A stretch of 64,000 nt of DNA from NCBI GenBank assembly GCA_002269645.1, contig NIVC01000404.1, positions 1-64,000 of the forward strand, written 5' to 3'. How positions within the stretch are numbered: position 1 is the first letter of the stretch; every line of letters begins with the position of its first letter. The position numbers and the translations under genes are program-made. The DNA comes from Macrostomum lignano (Eukaryota). Below the pieces are notes generated by a model. That model searched no databases. It saw only the letters and a list, made by a program, of their open reading frames with translations, and was not told the origin of the DNA. Below, piece after piece: positions 18,411 through 31,360 of this stretch.

Positions 18411-21400
18411 ATGAGCGACACAAACCTTAACAGCCAATCTCGCTCCGAGATCGGCCGCGTGTTCTCCAGGGAGACGACAATCCACGGCGTGCGACGTCTG
18501 AGCGACGGGCCGCTCGTCTACCGCGCCGTCTGGCTGCTGTTCGTCCTCGGCACCGTTGTCGGCTTCTTCGTCCACCTTGGCCAACTGCTCACCCGCTACT
18601 TAGAGTACCCGGTCAACACCGAGGCCTTCGAAGGTCTGGACGACTTCCAGTTCCCGTCGGTGACGGTGTGTCCGAATGACTACATCCACTACTTCTACTC
18701 GAACTCGAGCATCCCCAACAGGTATGGCAGCAACCGGTCCGTGTACGACATGACGTACGACCTGGCGAGGATCTGGTACCGCATCAAGTCGAACGAGTCC
18801 CACCCAGCGATTCCCTACTATCCCTACAGCTCCTACGATGACGGCATGTTCAGTCTGAAGCAGGTCGCCTACCGCTCGCAGCAGTTCCAGACGCTGCGAG
18901 ACACGGTGGTAGCGTGTACTTTCAACTCGCGAAACTGCCATCTTGACAAGGAGTTCGAAGAGTACCGCGACCCCGAGCGCTTCCTGTGCTTCACGTTCAC
19001 GCCGGAGGATCGGAGCGTTGCACAGACGGAGGAGGGCAAGGGGCTTTTCCTGCTGCTGTACTCGGATGCGAACAGCTTCCTCACAGAAGAGGAGGAAATT
19101 AACCACATCCCGGGCTTCTCCATCAGCTTGCACGAGCCCGGTAAGCTTTTAGCTTGATCTGTTTGCTATCTTGGCTTCCTGTTCTTGATCTTCGCTTCGG
19201 AGTTAAGATCTATCAGCAAACTTAGGAATAAACTTAGTAAAGTTGCTTCCGATCTATGCAAGACATTCACTCTTCTTCTTTTTGAAGAATTTATCTGACC
19301 GCAAAGGAGTTTAGCTTGCGGGGCTTGCGAGGAGCGAAGAAAAGGAAAATCGCTGCATGGAGCACCCAGAATCAGCCCACAATGATTTTGTCTATGGCAC
19401 AAAACAAACTGCTAGCTTAGCAGTTCACTCGTGTAACCAAATTTTAGTCACAGCTCATGAAAGCAGTCACAGAAGTTTAAAAGCTTAAGTCTTCTATCGT
19501 CCTTAAGTCGTTCTTTTTCCGAGTCAAAGAGTGCTGTGCACTAATGGACTCTGCAGTCTGCAGGAAGGTCTTCACTTCCATTAAATAATCTCATTACATT
19601 CTTGTGAGTCAGCTTAGAAGTCACGTGGAATGCATAATTAAACACAATTATTTTCCCTTAGGGCATTACTAAGGTCAGTTATGCTTTTTTGCCGCAAATA
19701 AAGTTATGCACTGGTGTCTTGCAGGGGTTTATGGGGTTATTTGTCAACAACTTAGCCAATGACAGCGATTGCAAACGGGGTGGGTGCATAGGGAGTTAGG
19801 GAGCTACTGTTAGATGAACGGCCAAAAGCAGCAGCTGGTCTAGCCAGAGCTCAAAGTTAAGCGTAATAATGACACTGCTTATTGATTGACTGGCTTTGGG
19901 GGTAAGACTGCTACTTGCAGAGCGGGTCAAGTGCGCTGCAGTGGCGATACTGTCGTTCAATAAAGTCTATATCAAGTTAAAGGCAACTGGGTAAAAGACA
20001 ACAATCATAAATACTAAAGTAGCCACATTTGGGATGACTCAGGGGTCGTACTCGGACTGACTTTGTATACAGACTTTGTATACAGGTATTATACAGTAAT
20101 ATGAAAATATAATGCATGATGTATCCGTTGGTTGGTTGGTTGGTTAGTTAGTTGGTTGGTTGGTTGGTTGGTTGGTTGGTTGGTTGGTTGGTTGGTTGGT
20201 TGGTTGGTTGGTTGGTTGGTTGGTTGGTTGGTTGGTTGGTTGGTTGGTTGGTTGGTTGGTTGGTTGGTTGGTTGGTACAACTTACTTGCTTGCTTACATT
20301 CCACTCTCGTCCAAACAGGCACGGTGCCGGACATGACAACCGCCTTCAAAGTGCCGCTTGCTCAGCGAGTCAGCGCTAAGGTGAGTCGCCGAGTAGAGAC
20401 AAAACTGAACCGGAAGGCCTATAGCTGCACAGACAGTCTGGGCAACGTCACCTACACGGAGGGTGGCAGACAGCAGAGCTTCATTGCCGGTCAGCGCGAC
20501 TGCCTGCTTCTTCAGAGACAGTTGGAATTCCTGAGCGAGTGCGGCTGCCTTGCGGAGCACCTGCCGACGCCAACAGACCTACTACTGGAACCTGCAGTGC
20601 AACCGTGCCACGCCCTGTGGGAGCCGGCCTTCTTCGTCGACGTTATGCCAATTCCAACCGACCCAGCGCCCGTGAACAACATGACGGTGTACAACTACAC
20701 TTCGGGAAATATCACAGAGTTTGAGACGTTCTACCAATCGCACTGGGACGCGTGGCAGCAACCAAGACTGAATTCGATCTGTTTCGATACAGTCAGTGAG
20801 CGTCAAACGCAGAGAGGCGGCTTTGGTGTCAATACCAGCGGCTGTCTGCGGCTGTGCCGTCGCGTCGAGTACCAGGTGAATGAGCTTATTAGTTTGATGA
20901 TGTAGCGGTATAGTAGTAATGATAGACCTGACTTTTCCTGCGTCAGTTTATTTAGTTAGCTGTGGAAATTCCACAAACAAGGTCGATAGTCGACCCATCT
21001 CCACTAAGGACACACTCACAGATGCCAGACTTTCACATATTGACTTTCTTACTTACTTGACTTGAGTGCAGGGGTTTACGGACATCCGGATACGGGGGGG
21101 CGTCGTTTCCCGTTCCTAGATAGTGCTGCAATTTGGTGCAGGAAGATCCGGCGGTTGCGGTGTCCGCAACACGGTTTCCCTCTGGAAAACTCAGGAGATG
21201 GATGGTCGCTGACCCGTTGTGAGCTTAGGCAGGTAGTAGCAGAAATTCTAGGGCGCCAGTCAAACTTTCCCTGTGCTTGGGTTGCCACCCACTGGTTAAT
21301 ACGGGTTGGTTGCATGACGCTGACACATGCCGGGTGAACAGTGCTCTGACTGTCAGTTACGCTCGTACATCCTCAGTTTGACTGTCATGAGCGTGAATCG

Positions 21401-22496
21401 CCGAACAGGCCTCTCCGAGGTCAATTGTCTTGCATGGGCGACAACATGGATGTCAACCTTAAGCCGCTTGTGAACTTAATTATGACAATTGCAGTTTTTA
21501 TTTTCATAAAATTGCAGCCAAGCGTCGCTTCAACGAATTGGCCAACAAACGAAGTAGACGAATATACGTTGAACGCAACAAACAGCTCGTTAAATCTCTA
21601 CATCGACCGGGCAGTCTCTCGAGCCGTGGAGTCGGGCAGTGGCCCTTTAAAAATCTTAGTTCAAGCAAAGTCTCGACCGATCAACGAGAAGTTCGGCTAC
21701 TTTGCGCTGTTGGACCTACGAGCCGCTTCAAGTAGCTCCGTTCACAGCCGGGAAGACTGGGTCTATCCCCTGCGGAACCTGCTGTCCGATCTCGGTGGCA
21801 TTCTCGGTAAGGGTCTCTCGTTCTTGGAAGTCCTAATTCGTTCTTCTACTGAATGCGCTCGTATGCTTCGTATCACAAAACTCACATCATTACGAGTACA
21901 TCTGGACTTCTAAGAGAGATACTATATAAAGAGCAATAGACAGTTCTATATTGATAGCTTGAGAGGGAAGTCTGCTGAAGATTGATATGATGTACACTCA
22001 AAAAGCCCGTCAAAAATGTTGTGCTGAATTTGAATATAGCATTCCGAATTATTTAAAGGGAAATCTGCAGTCAGGGGTAAGTTTTGTCCATAGACAGAAT
22101 GAACGCCCTTACTACGATACTTCGAATGCGAGTTTTGTTAAAATTGAACACAAATAAGTGTACTAAAGTATAGGAGCTGGTGCACTAGTAGCGCTTCCTG
22201 AACATCCCCGAAAATTTTGGTTTAATTACATGTATTGAAAACTTCTCCCAAACGCAGGTCTATGGATGGGAGCGAGTATTGTCACCATGGTTGAGCTGAT
22301 GGAGTTCCTTTTCCGACTGGGAATCGCAGCCTCGCCGAAGGCGCTGGCAAGAAAAACTGGCTCAAACGGTGATCGGCGAGGAACAGCTGACAATGGCATT
22401 AGGAAATCGACGACAAAAATCGCTTCAACGACAGACGTTAGCCTTGCAGGCATCAGCGGAGTTGTCGGTCATCTGGATGTCGACGTAACTGCTTGA
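18411..22496 (+). CDS. DEG/ENaC family channel paralog 2, complete, 604 aa. Exons 18411-19140, 20319-20875, 21518-21806, 22258-22496
   Basis: Has the pre-TM1 FSRETTIHG motif, TM1, FPSVTVC, a Cys-rich thumb (ECGC...CLRLC) and [16 protein letters not shown] in TM2. All GT/AG junctions are phase-consistent and the exons total 1815 nt (605 codons). Confidence 0.95.
20127..20276. repeat. (GGTT)n microsatellite in intron 1 of paralog 2
   Basis: Perfect tetranucleotide run. It explains the VGWL/NQPT ORFs. Confidence 0.98.
21045..21340 (-). mobile_element. Possible short retroposon fragment (RTE-type tail) in intron 2 of paralog 2
   Basis: GC-rich ~290-bp island whose minus strand ends in CAAGTCAAGTAAGTAAG, a short tandem tail of the kind seen in RTE-clade elements. 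No TSD was identified. Confidence 0.3.
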
Positions 22497-23839
22497 TGAC
22501 AGGTGTAAAGAAAGATTTCTTTAGCTTGGGAGACGTTTCTTGGTCATTCCAGAATCACGTGATGCTAAATATTAGTGAAATTCGACCTACAAATCGCTGC
22601 TCTCACACGCTGCACTTCAAAATATCATTTGAGTAGGGCAAATCAGTGAGATGGCAATATTTAGAGACTCTAGGCTAACTGCAGCGCTTTAGCAATTAAT
22701 CCACTGTGAATCCTTTCTGGATTGGCTAAGTGCACACCAAATAACTGAAAAAATTCATTTCATTCCTGGGATACTGTTTTGTGGCATCACTTTTTGATAT
22801 CTATCAACGCTCCTAATGATGATCATGTTTTTACTGCTCTCAGATTTTTTCCTACTTTTATTGAGTTCTCTTGAGCCCGAAAACCTCAATGGAGCAGCTT
22901 GATTTTATGGTTCATGTGTCTACCATTGCTACGACAAATTTATGACTTGCATGATTGGGTTGTAAACCAAACTAAAATTAATCAAACTGTAAGCCCTTTG
23001 GCTCGAGAATAAATACTATAAAAAATTATAATTTCCTAATTACTTTTAAACAGATTTATGAGTAGCCACCAATCACAGGAAAGACATAGCAAGCATGGCC
23101 TTAAAATTTAGATGTTTGGACATCTTCTAAGGAAGCTTTGGAGGCAACTGTATACCTGTGCTAAAATCTAGCTTGAAAAGTCGAGGAAAGTGCTTTTATT
23201 GGCCATTGAGCCTCAGCAACTCCCCCTTGAGCCTTGGCATCTCAGCAATCTCCTGTGAGCATTGGGTCCCGTTTACTAAGGTGCTTCCAAAGTTCGCATC
23301 CTGTTTGCACCGATTAAGGAAATTCCACTTCAGTATCGTTCCTTGGCTAATGCGTTAAAATGCTAAATTATTTGAGCAACTGACCCACTTGAACTTGCAC
23401 AGGCGCATTTACGTGTTCCATAACAGGAAAATTTAATACGACGTAATGTTGTATTGATTCTGTATGTACTATTATGCACAGTAATAATCTATAATTGTTT
23501 CATTGCGGTTTATGAGTAGCAATAAATCTGTCAAAGAACATCATTAGCGCCTTAATTAATTAATTGACAGTTCATTGTCAAATGTAGTTCATTGTATTGT
23601 AATCTTGGTTGCTTGATAAGTATTGATTAGTCAACTACTATAGTATGGATACTATATGCTTGGATCATAAATCACCCTATAAGTGTTATTCCGCATAGTT
23701 TTTTATGGATAGATCGTACTATGCTGTGTCGCACAGACCATGCCCGGGAAAAAACAACAAGCTTAGAAACTTTCCAAGTCAGCCAAAATACAAAAGAACA
23801 AAGTACAAAGTACACTTCATGTGTCTACATCCGAGTAAC

Positions 23840-24225
23840 TTGGAAAGTATACTTGAGAAGTGACCTAAGAAAACATTGGATACTTGGAAAGTGCTTGAGA
23901 AGTGACCCAAGAAAACATTGCATACTTGGAATTGGAAAGTACTTGAGAAGTGACCCAAGAAAACATTTGCATACTTGGAATTGGAAAGTACTTGAGAAGT
24001 GACCCAAGAAAACATTTGCATACTTGGAACTGGAAAGTACTTGAGAAGTGACCCAAGAAAATATTTGCATACTTGGAACTGGAAAGTACTTGAGAAGTGA
24101 CCCAAGAAAACATTTGCATACTTGGAACTGGAAAGTACTTGAGAAGTGACCCAAGAAAACATTTGCATACTTGGAACTGGAAAGTACTTGAGAAGTGACC
24201 CAAGAAAATATTGCATACTTGGAAA
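23840..24225. repeat. 49-bp minisatellite (GACCCAAGAAAACATTTGCATACTTGGAACTGGAAAGTACTTGAGAAGT), about 7-8 copies
   Basis: Period of 49 bp seen directly (24001 vs 24050). Confidence 0.95.
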
Positions 24226-25429
24226 GTACTTATCGAATGTACTTAGACAACTTGGGAAGTTCTTAGGCGGTACTTGCCTCGAGGTTGCACTGTTGACTTA
24301 CTAAGTACTTAACAAGTTTGGATTACTGTTTTTAAATGATGACTGATGGTACAGACGTCGAGACTTAAGACGCCTATGAATACTCACTCGAGCATGCATA
24401 TCAAGATCGTCTGTTTAAAAATGTAATTAGATTCAATAGAGAAGTCTTATTTTGAAAAGTTGACCATTGCTTTAGACGGTAAAATGTAATCTTTCAACTT
24501 GAAAGATTTTCGTTATTGTTTGACTAAACAGTACCTTGTGTTTATAATGGATATCACGAACGAGAAGGTAGGCAGGAATGAAACACGAAGTCCAATATTA
24601 TGTTTCGACTTGAGGCGGTTCTTTTACCTATTTACATATGTATCTGTTTAGCTATGCATGCACAAGAGGAAATTGTGTACTCTTATAGTTAGTCATCAGT
24701 TTGATTAAAATAAATCCTATATAGCTTACAATAACTATTTTGCTGAGTCACCCTTAGTTAGGGCACTGGACTAAAGATATTTCCCATTCAATTTGGTCCT
24801 AGGAGCAGTCAAGCCATTTAAAATGTAAGTACATGTACATCAGGCATCAGCCAACTAGAATCTAACTAGACAAAACAGTTCCTGCTGCGTCAGCCCAATG
24901 GGTTGATCAGCAAAAGGTCCTCTTCAAGAAGATGAAGCAACGCTTGCACGCGGTGTTCATCCTGCAACTTCTTGTGACGTCTGCCGCCTTTTTGTTGTCG
25001 TTCCTCTTCAGCAGTGACGCTGCTCTCTGAATCACTCAGCTTAGCTGTGGCTTGAGCGATGCCATAGACATAGACTGACCAACAGTCGGTGCAATCTGCA
25101 TTTTACACGCAGAATGTCTTGGCCATAGACATAAGAGCGCTACGTCGTAAACACAGATGCCGCGGTCATAGATATAAAAGGGAGCAATGTAACGATATAT
25201 ACGGATTTTTTCGGCAGCAATTGCGTAAGCTGAAGCCGTGTAGCTCTAAAGCCATTGCTGTCATGAAAGAATCTGTCTATGTCGCTATTGTACCCTTTTG
25301 TCTATGGTTTTCGGCAGTAAGACTTTCGGCAACAACTCAATTGCTTGCCGGCTGTTTTAGATTGTTGCCGGAAATTTTACGGAAGCATTTAGCTAAAGAA
25401 AAGAATCGAAACATGACAACTACGAACAA

Positions 25430-25800
25430 CAAGAAAAGCAACGTGGAATAATTTTGTTCCTCCGGTAATGATTCTCCTGTAGTGATGTTCACCTGGCGAT
25501 TGACGGACGGGGATTCCAGGTGCCGTTGAATGGCCACACGAAAACAGATGAGAGACTTCGGCGCGTAGTATATTCCACCCTGCTTTCGAAGAGACAAATA
25601 GAAAAGCCTCAGATAATCGCTCAAGAATCGACCCAGTACACGCTCAAACTCTTGGCAGAGCCCCTTCTCTTTGAGAAACTGGCAAAACCTTGCCACGTTA
25701 AGTTTTCGTCGAATCTCGGTCGATTTAGGCCCATATTAATTCCCAATCCGGTCCAGAATTTGCAGATACTCACTGGTTACCTTAGGCAGCACTTTAGTGT
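25430..25800 (-). pseudogene. Truncated Crypton/DUF3504-type tyrosine recombinase, N-terminal fragment
   Basis: Translation FLSDYLRLFYLSLRKQGGIYYAPKSLICFRVAIQRHLESPSVNRQVNIT matches the DUF3504-family pattern F-x-x-x-R-K-x-x-G-x-x-Y...SL...R-x-x-IQRHL. There is an in-frame TAA upstream, and homology ends abruptly. Confidence 0.7.
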
Positions 25801-25863
25801 AGCTCATTTAATAATACTTCTTTAGCTCCTTTTTCTATTGGTATTTTGAATGAAAGCTAAAAA

Positions 25864-26414
25864 CAAGGACTACTTAAGAACACAGGACGTTACACTTGCA
25901 AATATTGGCAGAATTCTAAAAGGCCACTTTGAATGCATGTGTCTATGGTTTTAGTGGCCTTTTTGCTTAGTAATTCGCATAGCAGCGTAGCATGATACTC
26001 ATAACCCATAAGTCTACGTTAGAGCAACAAGAGGCTGAAATTGACTCCTGGATGAAGGCCATGAACAAGTCCATGAATCGGGAAATGAGCGAATAAGTAT
26101 TATTATTGTTGACCAAGTGTAGTTCCTATCATTCAATATTGTCATTATTGTTATTTTTTGGTATTTCTTCGTTTTTTGTTAAACTTCTACACCCTGTTCA
26201 CGATCACCTTTTGGAGAAAATATAAATATTTTGTCGGTATACATGCATATAAAAAGCTTTATTCACTAGGCTTTAATTTCTATTCATGTATTATACACAT
26301 TGCTTCAAATAGCAAAAAGGCCACTAAAACCATAGACACATGCATTCAAAGCGGCCTTTTAGAATTCTGCTAATATTTGCAAGTGTAACGTCCTGTGTTC
26401 TTAAGTAGTCCTTG
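25864..26414. mobile_element. 551-bp MITE with 104-bp TIRs (CAAGGACTAC...) and 8-bp TSD GCTAAAAA; P- or hAT-like
   Basis: 25864-25967 is the reverse complement of 26311-26414 with 2 mismatches. GCTAAAAA flanks both ends (25856-25863 and 26415-26422). Confidence 0.93.
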
Positions 26415-27647
26415 GCTAAAAATCCACGACAGTTAATTTTTGACAGTTAGGCTAGTCGCCTTTACTGTCCTTTTCAATTACGAGTACCATAGACGCTTGG
26501 CTGATTATCTTTACTGCCTGCTCTTTCAAAGTGCCATAAACGGAAGAATTGGTCCTAGAAATCCGGTTACAATCATATTTCATACAAAAGGGTACAATAA
26601 TCATCTATACGCCCTTTTTTTCGGCAGCAATTGCACAAGCTGAAGCCGCGCTTGCTTACATCGCTTAAATCAATAATGCACAGCTGGTTCAGACAAGTTT
26701 TTTTACATTCAAATACGATTCGTTGCAAAGTGTAAACGTCAACATTTATTTACAATGGCACAGTACATATCAGACACAATTGAGTCCTACCCAATCACGA
26801 CGCCTGGTGATGCTAAACATCTGTCTTCAATGAGTATTGCAGTGAACGAGACTAAGAAACTTCAATAATGAGCATTTCCAATCATTGCTGGAATCGAACT
26901 AGCGAACTATGGGATTATAAGCCAGTTTTTACGCTATTAGCTACGTGTGCAGTGACTTGTGATACATAAAAAGTAGCATTGGCACTATACATACTACTAT
27001 GCAGAGATAGCTAGAGTAGAACTTTTTTGCTGCAAAATGCATTAGCGAAAAGATGAGAAGTTTTTCGTGTTTTTAGCACTAAGCTTCACGTTGGTGTCAG
27101 CTAAACTCCCATTTTTAGTATCAGCACCCCACGTTTGGGGAGGCAACAAAGAAAGGAATAAATTTTTTAAGGATTGCTTGCGATATAGGGGATGCTTGCT
27201 ATCTTGGGGGAAGGCCTGCTATCTTCGAGAAGACTAATTATTTTGTTGTCTTTTTGTTACTTCTCAAAAAAGAGATTCATTGCAAATATCTTTGTCCGTG
27301 TCTATTTAACTCGAATAGGGTGATTTATAAAACGGAAGAAGGAATTGGTTCTTAGGAAAATGTGCTTTTTTAATGGACTTGCATTAATAAGTTTTGTTCC
27401 TTGCTTCTTAGCCGCCCCGAAGGGGGGCACTAGATTGATAGTTCATATACTAAAATTCTAGCTAAAACCGAAAAGCTTCCTTATTCGCTGCATTTTGCAG
27501 TGAAAACATCCGGCATCATGCGAAATCTACTTTAGTTATCCATGATATCACACTTTAGCAGTGGTCTTTTCAGTGAAATGATATTGCGCTTTCTAAGAAT
27601 GAACTAAACTATTGAGTAGCCGTGTGTACTTTTACGATTATAGCCAT

Positions 27648-29872
27648 TCACAGTCGCAAGTCTACTAGACAGTCGCGTCGCTCAAAAGCGACGCGTCGAC
27701 GCTGCATCGCCTCGAGAATTTTTCGTCGCGGGCCCAGCGGCAGGCCCAGCGTCTGCAGGTCGGCGTCGGTGCACAGGCTGAGCGAGTCCAGGTCGATCTG
27801 CTCGCGGGCCAGCGCTGGCATGCAGTCCGGGAGGCCCAGGCAGGTCAGGAACAGCTCCAGATCGGCCTGCTTCCTCGGTCTCAGAGTCCCTTTGCCGCCA
27901 CCGAGTCTGCCATCAACGTCGTCGTTGTCGTCGTCGTACTCGTAGTCATCCTCGAGGTTGTCGAGATCCTCGCCCGACCAGGGCAGATCGCGCCACCGGC
28001 GCAGCAGGCTGCCTGACGTGCCAATCGAGTCGGCTGCTCCGCTGCGTCTGCTGTAGGACGGCGACGGCGGTTGAAGGAGCATTGGGTGCGGCTGCGGTTG
28101 CGGCTGCTGTCCTAGCGGTGGAGCGTCCTTCAACGAGCTCAACGTTTTTGCCATGAGCGCCGCCTGGGAGGGCGCCGTGCGCGGATGCCGGTGGAAAAAA
28201 GCTACGCTACCAAAGCCAGGCCTCTCGAACAGTCCAGCGTCCTGTTGCTGCTGCATGTCGGGCTCAGAGACCGGTCCGGACAAAATAGAACGTCCATCGG
28301 CGCTTGTCCTCGCGTAGACAATGTCTGAACTCTGCGACGAAGCTGACAAAGCTAGATTGCCGTCGTTATAGTCGCCGTAGTCTTTGTTGCTGACTCCTGC
28401 TGAATTCTGTTGCTGTTGCTGCTGCCTGTGGTGACTGACCACTTTCCTAGCCGCACCGAACGTGTAGCGACTCCGATTTGATCGCGCACTGGTGAGGTAT
28501 TCTGAGAAAGGCCTCGGGCCGTTGCTAGAGGACCCGCTGCCGTTCTGAGGCCGTCGGAGAGTTACCGCACCGACTAAGTCTGACAGACTGCCGGCGCGAC
28601 CACCGGAGCTTCCGGCTGCTGTCAGACCGAAGGACAGCGACCTCTGGCGTGACTGGCTCTGGTCGCTGGCGTCGTCTTCCGTCCCTGACCTTGTCTGGTG
28701 CCGGTAGTTCGGATTGCTAGTGGCGTTCGAGCGAAGTATCGTGCTAGCACTCGACGACGAGGAGTTAAACGAAGCGGACAGGGCCGCCTGCTGCTGCCGG
28801 TCGTTTTTTGCGAGCTTCTTGCTGGTCTTCCGCATAGGCGGTCGAATTTCTTTACGCGCTTCTGCGCCTCCAGCGCTGCCTTCTCGCGCATCTTGGATAC
28901 AACTCGCCGGTTCATGCTCACCTGCTTGCCAGCTACGCCATCCAGGTACTCAACGATGTCTCGATGGTCTCTCAGCCCTGCCAGATCCAGTGCCGTGTGA
29001 AAATCGTTGTCCAAAATCCAAATATTGGCACCAAAGTTTACTAAGAAGGTGACGCAGTTCATGTGGCCGTTCAGTGCGGCAAAGTGCAGCGCACTGCTGC
29101 CCATGTAGTCTGTCTTGTCCGGGTTGCCCCTGCAGCAAATGGACGGGTTTTGACACACATCATAGTCCCAATGATAATGCTAATAATATTCGCAGGGCTG
29201 TGTGCACTCTGGTGCACTTCAAGCGACATTGTCACAACCGGCGAGAGGCATTACTGCCCATTCCGCCGACTCCCCTGAGCAAGCACACAGGCGCGTGGAT
29301 ACGTACGCAGTCATACGCACAGGCACACACTCACACAGGAGTGTACAGCGGCCCTAACTTTATTTATTGTTAGCCATGTACACTTCACTGCGCCTTGGGG
29401 GGTGGCCCTCAATGCCGTTAATTGCACGAGCAGAGCCAAGCCGCAATTTCAATTCCGCCCCAAATTGTTGTGACTGCATTTGGAGTCGAGCCTGGGCCGC
29501 TGGCACACCAGAGCACCGCGCGGGACCACTGGGCTACGGCCCCTTCCGTTGTGCATACAAGCGCGCCAATACTGTACTGCGGCCCTGACTTTCTATTTGG
29601 TCCTCGTGGGTGCAAATCGCGTGCATCAAACCAGAGGTGGTGGCGCGAGAGTCAGACGCCTTTACTGTTGAACCAATCTGCCCCTTAAAACCCGCTCACC
29701 CTCTCTGTATGAGCAGCCTCAGCGCGTCCACATTGCCATAGAAGGCTGCCCACATCACCGGACTCATTCCGTTCTCGTCTGGCCCGTCCGCCTCGCTTCG
29801 CGTTGCCTCGCGCAACAGATCGAGATAGCCGTCCCTGGCGGCCTGGTGGTAGCGCTCCCGGTTTCGAGTCAT
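27648..29872 (-). CDS. USH1G: Usher syndrome 1G / SANS (ANKS4B family) ankyrin-SAM scaffold. Exons 29872-29700 and 29129-27648, with a 1-nt frameshift near 28836
   Basis: Exon 1 reads [24 protein letters not shown]...[19 protein letters not shown]. Exon 2 reads [48 protein letters not shown] and ends in a SAM domain (LELFL...[30 protein letters not shown]). Both closely match human SANS. The splice is phase 2 and consistent. Confidence 0.93.
29194..29543 (-). mobile_element. tRNA-derived SINE, copy 1, in the USH1G intron
   Basis: Reverse complement aligns along its length with 52824-53183. The 5' end is GGGGCCGTAGCCCAGTGG (A box), with a GGCTCGACTCC B-box-like motif. Confidence 0.85.
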
Positions 29873-30093
29873 TGCTGCTGTGTCTGAGCTGGACTGAGGC
29901 TTGAACTTGGCCGATTGACAACTGTAGGAACAAAAGGAGTTGATATTTCTGCGTGGCTAATCGTGAGTAATGTGTTACATCAGGGTCGTTTGGGTTATAA
30001 AGTTCAAGGAATGTTTTTTCAGTCACACAACCGGCAGTAAAACCGGTACAACCGGTAATAAAATAAAAAAAGCTTGTTATATGTAGTAAAACG

Positions 30094-30544
30094 CCATTCT
30101 TACAGGTATGAACTCCATTCTTACAGGTATGAACACCATTCTTACAGGTATGAACACCATTCTTACAGGTATGAACACCATTCTTACAGGTATGAACACC
30201 ATTCTTACAGGTATGAACACCATTCTTACAGGTATGAACACCATTCTTACGGGTATAGACACCATTCTTACAGGTATGAACACCATTACTACAGGTATAA
30301 ACACCATTCTTACAGGTATGAACACCATTCTTACAGGTATGAACACCATTCTTACAGGTATGAACACCATTCTTACAGGTATGAACACCATTACTACAGG
30401 TATGAACACCATTCTTACAGGTATGAACACCATTACTACAGGTATGAACACCATTCTTACAGGTATGAACACCATTCTTACAGGTATGAACACCATTCTT
30501 ACAGGTATGAACACCATTCTTACAGGTATGAACACCATTCTTAC
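30094..30544. repeat. 21-bp minisatellite CCATTCTTACAGGTATGAACA, about 21 copies
   Basis: Period of 21 bp seen directly. Confidence 0.97.
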
Positions 30545-31360
30545 ATATGCATCTTTCAGGAGAAACTTACGTAAACAGGGCACTAAAAATAGTCTTGACA
30601 AGTCTATAAAATGTCTAAATTGCTCTTTAGTAATTCTGTAGTGCTTCCAATGTGTTTAAGAAAGACTTTTACCTGGCAGTTGCTCTCAAGAGGCTCAAAG
30701 AGGCTTTTCAAGCGCCGCCGCTAACCGCTGCCACCTCTCTTCCTCCTACACGGCGACTCCGGAGATTAAATTCTTTAGCCCCGACAGAGAAAAGGTTCCC
30801 CAGCAGCGCCCACGAAGGTTTTGTACGCGCGTGCTGGGAGAAGTGAAGAAATCAGCCAATGAGACAAGTCCAGATGGTCCACGTGGTTGGGGAGAAACTC
30901 TCTCTCTCTCCTTCTCTTTCCGCATCCCCTTTTCTCTTTATCCCCTCTCACTCCCAAGTTTAAGCCAACCTGCGGATGACTGCTGCATGGCAAACATCAG
31001 GGAGAGCAATCTGGCTCTGTTGGATGGTTGAGATGATTGGGGAACTGTGGGGTCGGGATTGAGGGATGAGGTGATGTTGGGACATCATCCGTGTGGATCT
31101 GGGAGGCTGAGGGAGAGATTAAGCATGCTTATATATACTAAAGTCTGTTTGCACGTGTGGTACGCAAGACTTCAATTGGCGCTGTCTGTTTGGTCTGTCA
31201 CGCTATACGTTTGTGTAAGCAACCAGACAGTTTGTACTTTTAAGCAGCTATTTATGCAGCTCGTCTATCTGCTATGTTGTCTTGTCTATAAGGGCCTTTC
31301 GCGGTTTCGCATTTTCGCTGTACACAAAAATAGAAAGGTTGGATTTCTAAAGTTTAGGGT

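Noticed and set aside
18600-19133. 177-aa antisense ORF over DEG/ENaC exon 1 (also antisense ORFs over USH1G, ATF7IP and C1orf43)
   Set aside because: Expected shadow ORFs of GC-rich coding sequence, with no recognisable motifs.
24685-24700. Hammerhead ribozyme cores (CTGATGA on the minus strand here and near 61905)
   Set aside because: No stem II followed by GAAA and no cleavage-site helix could be found.
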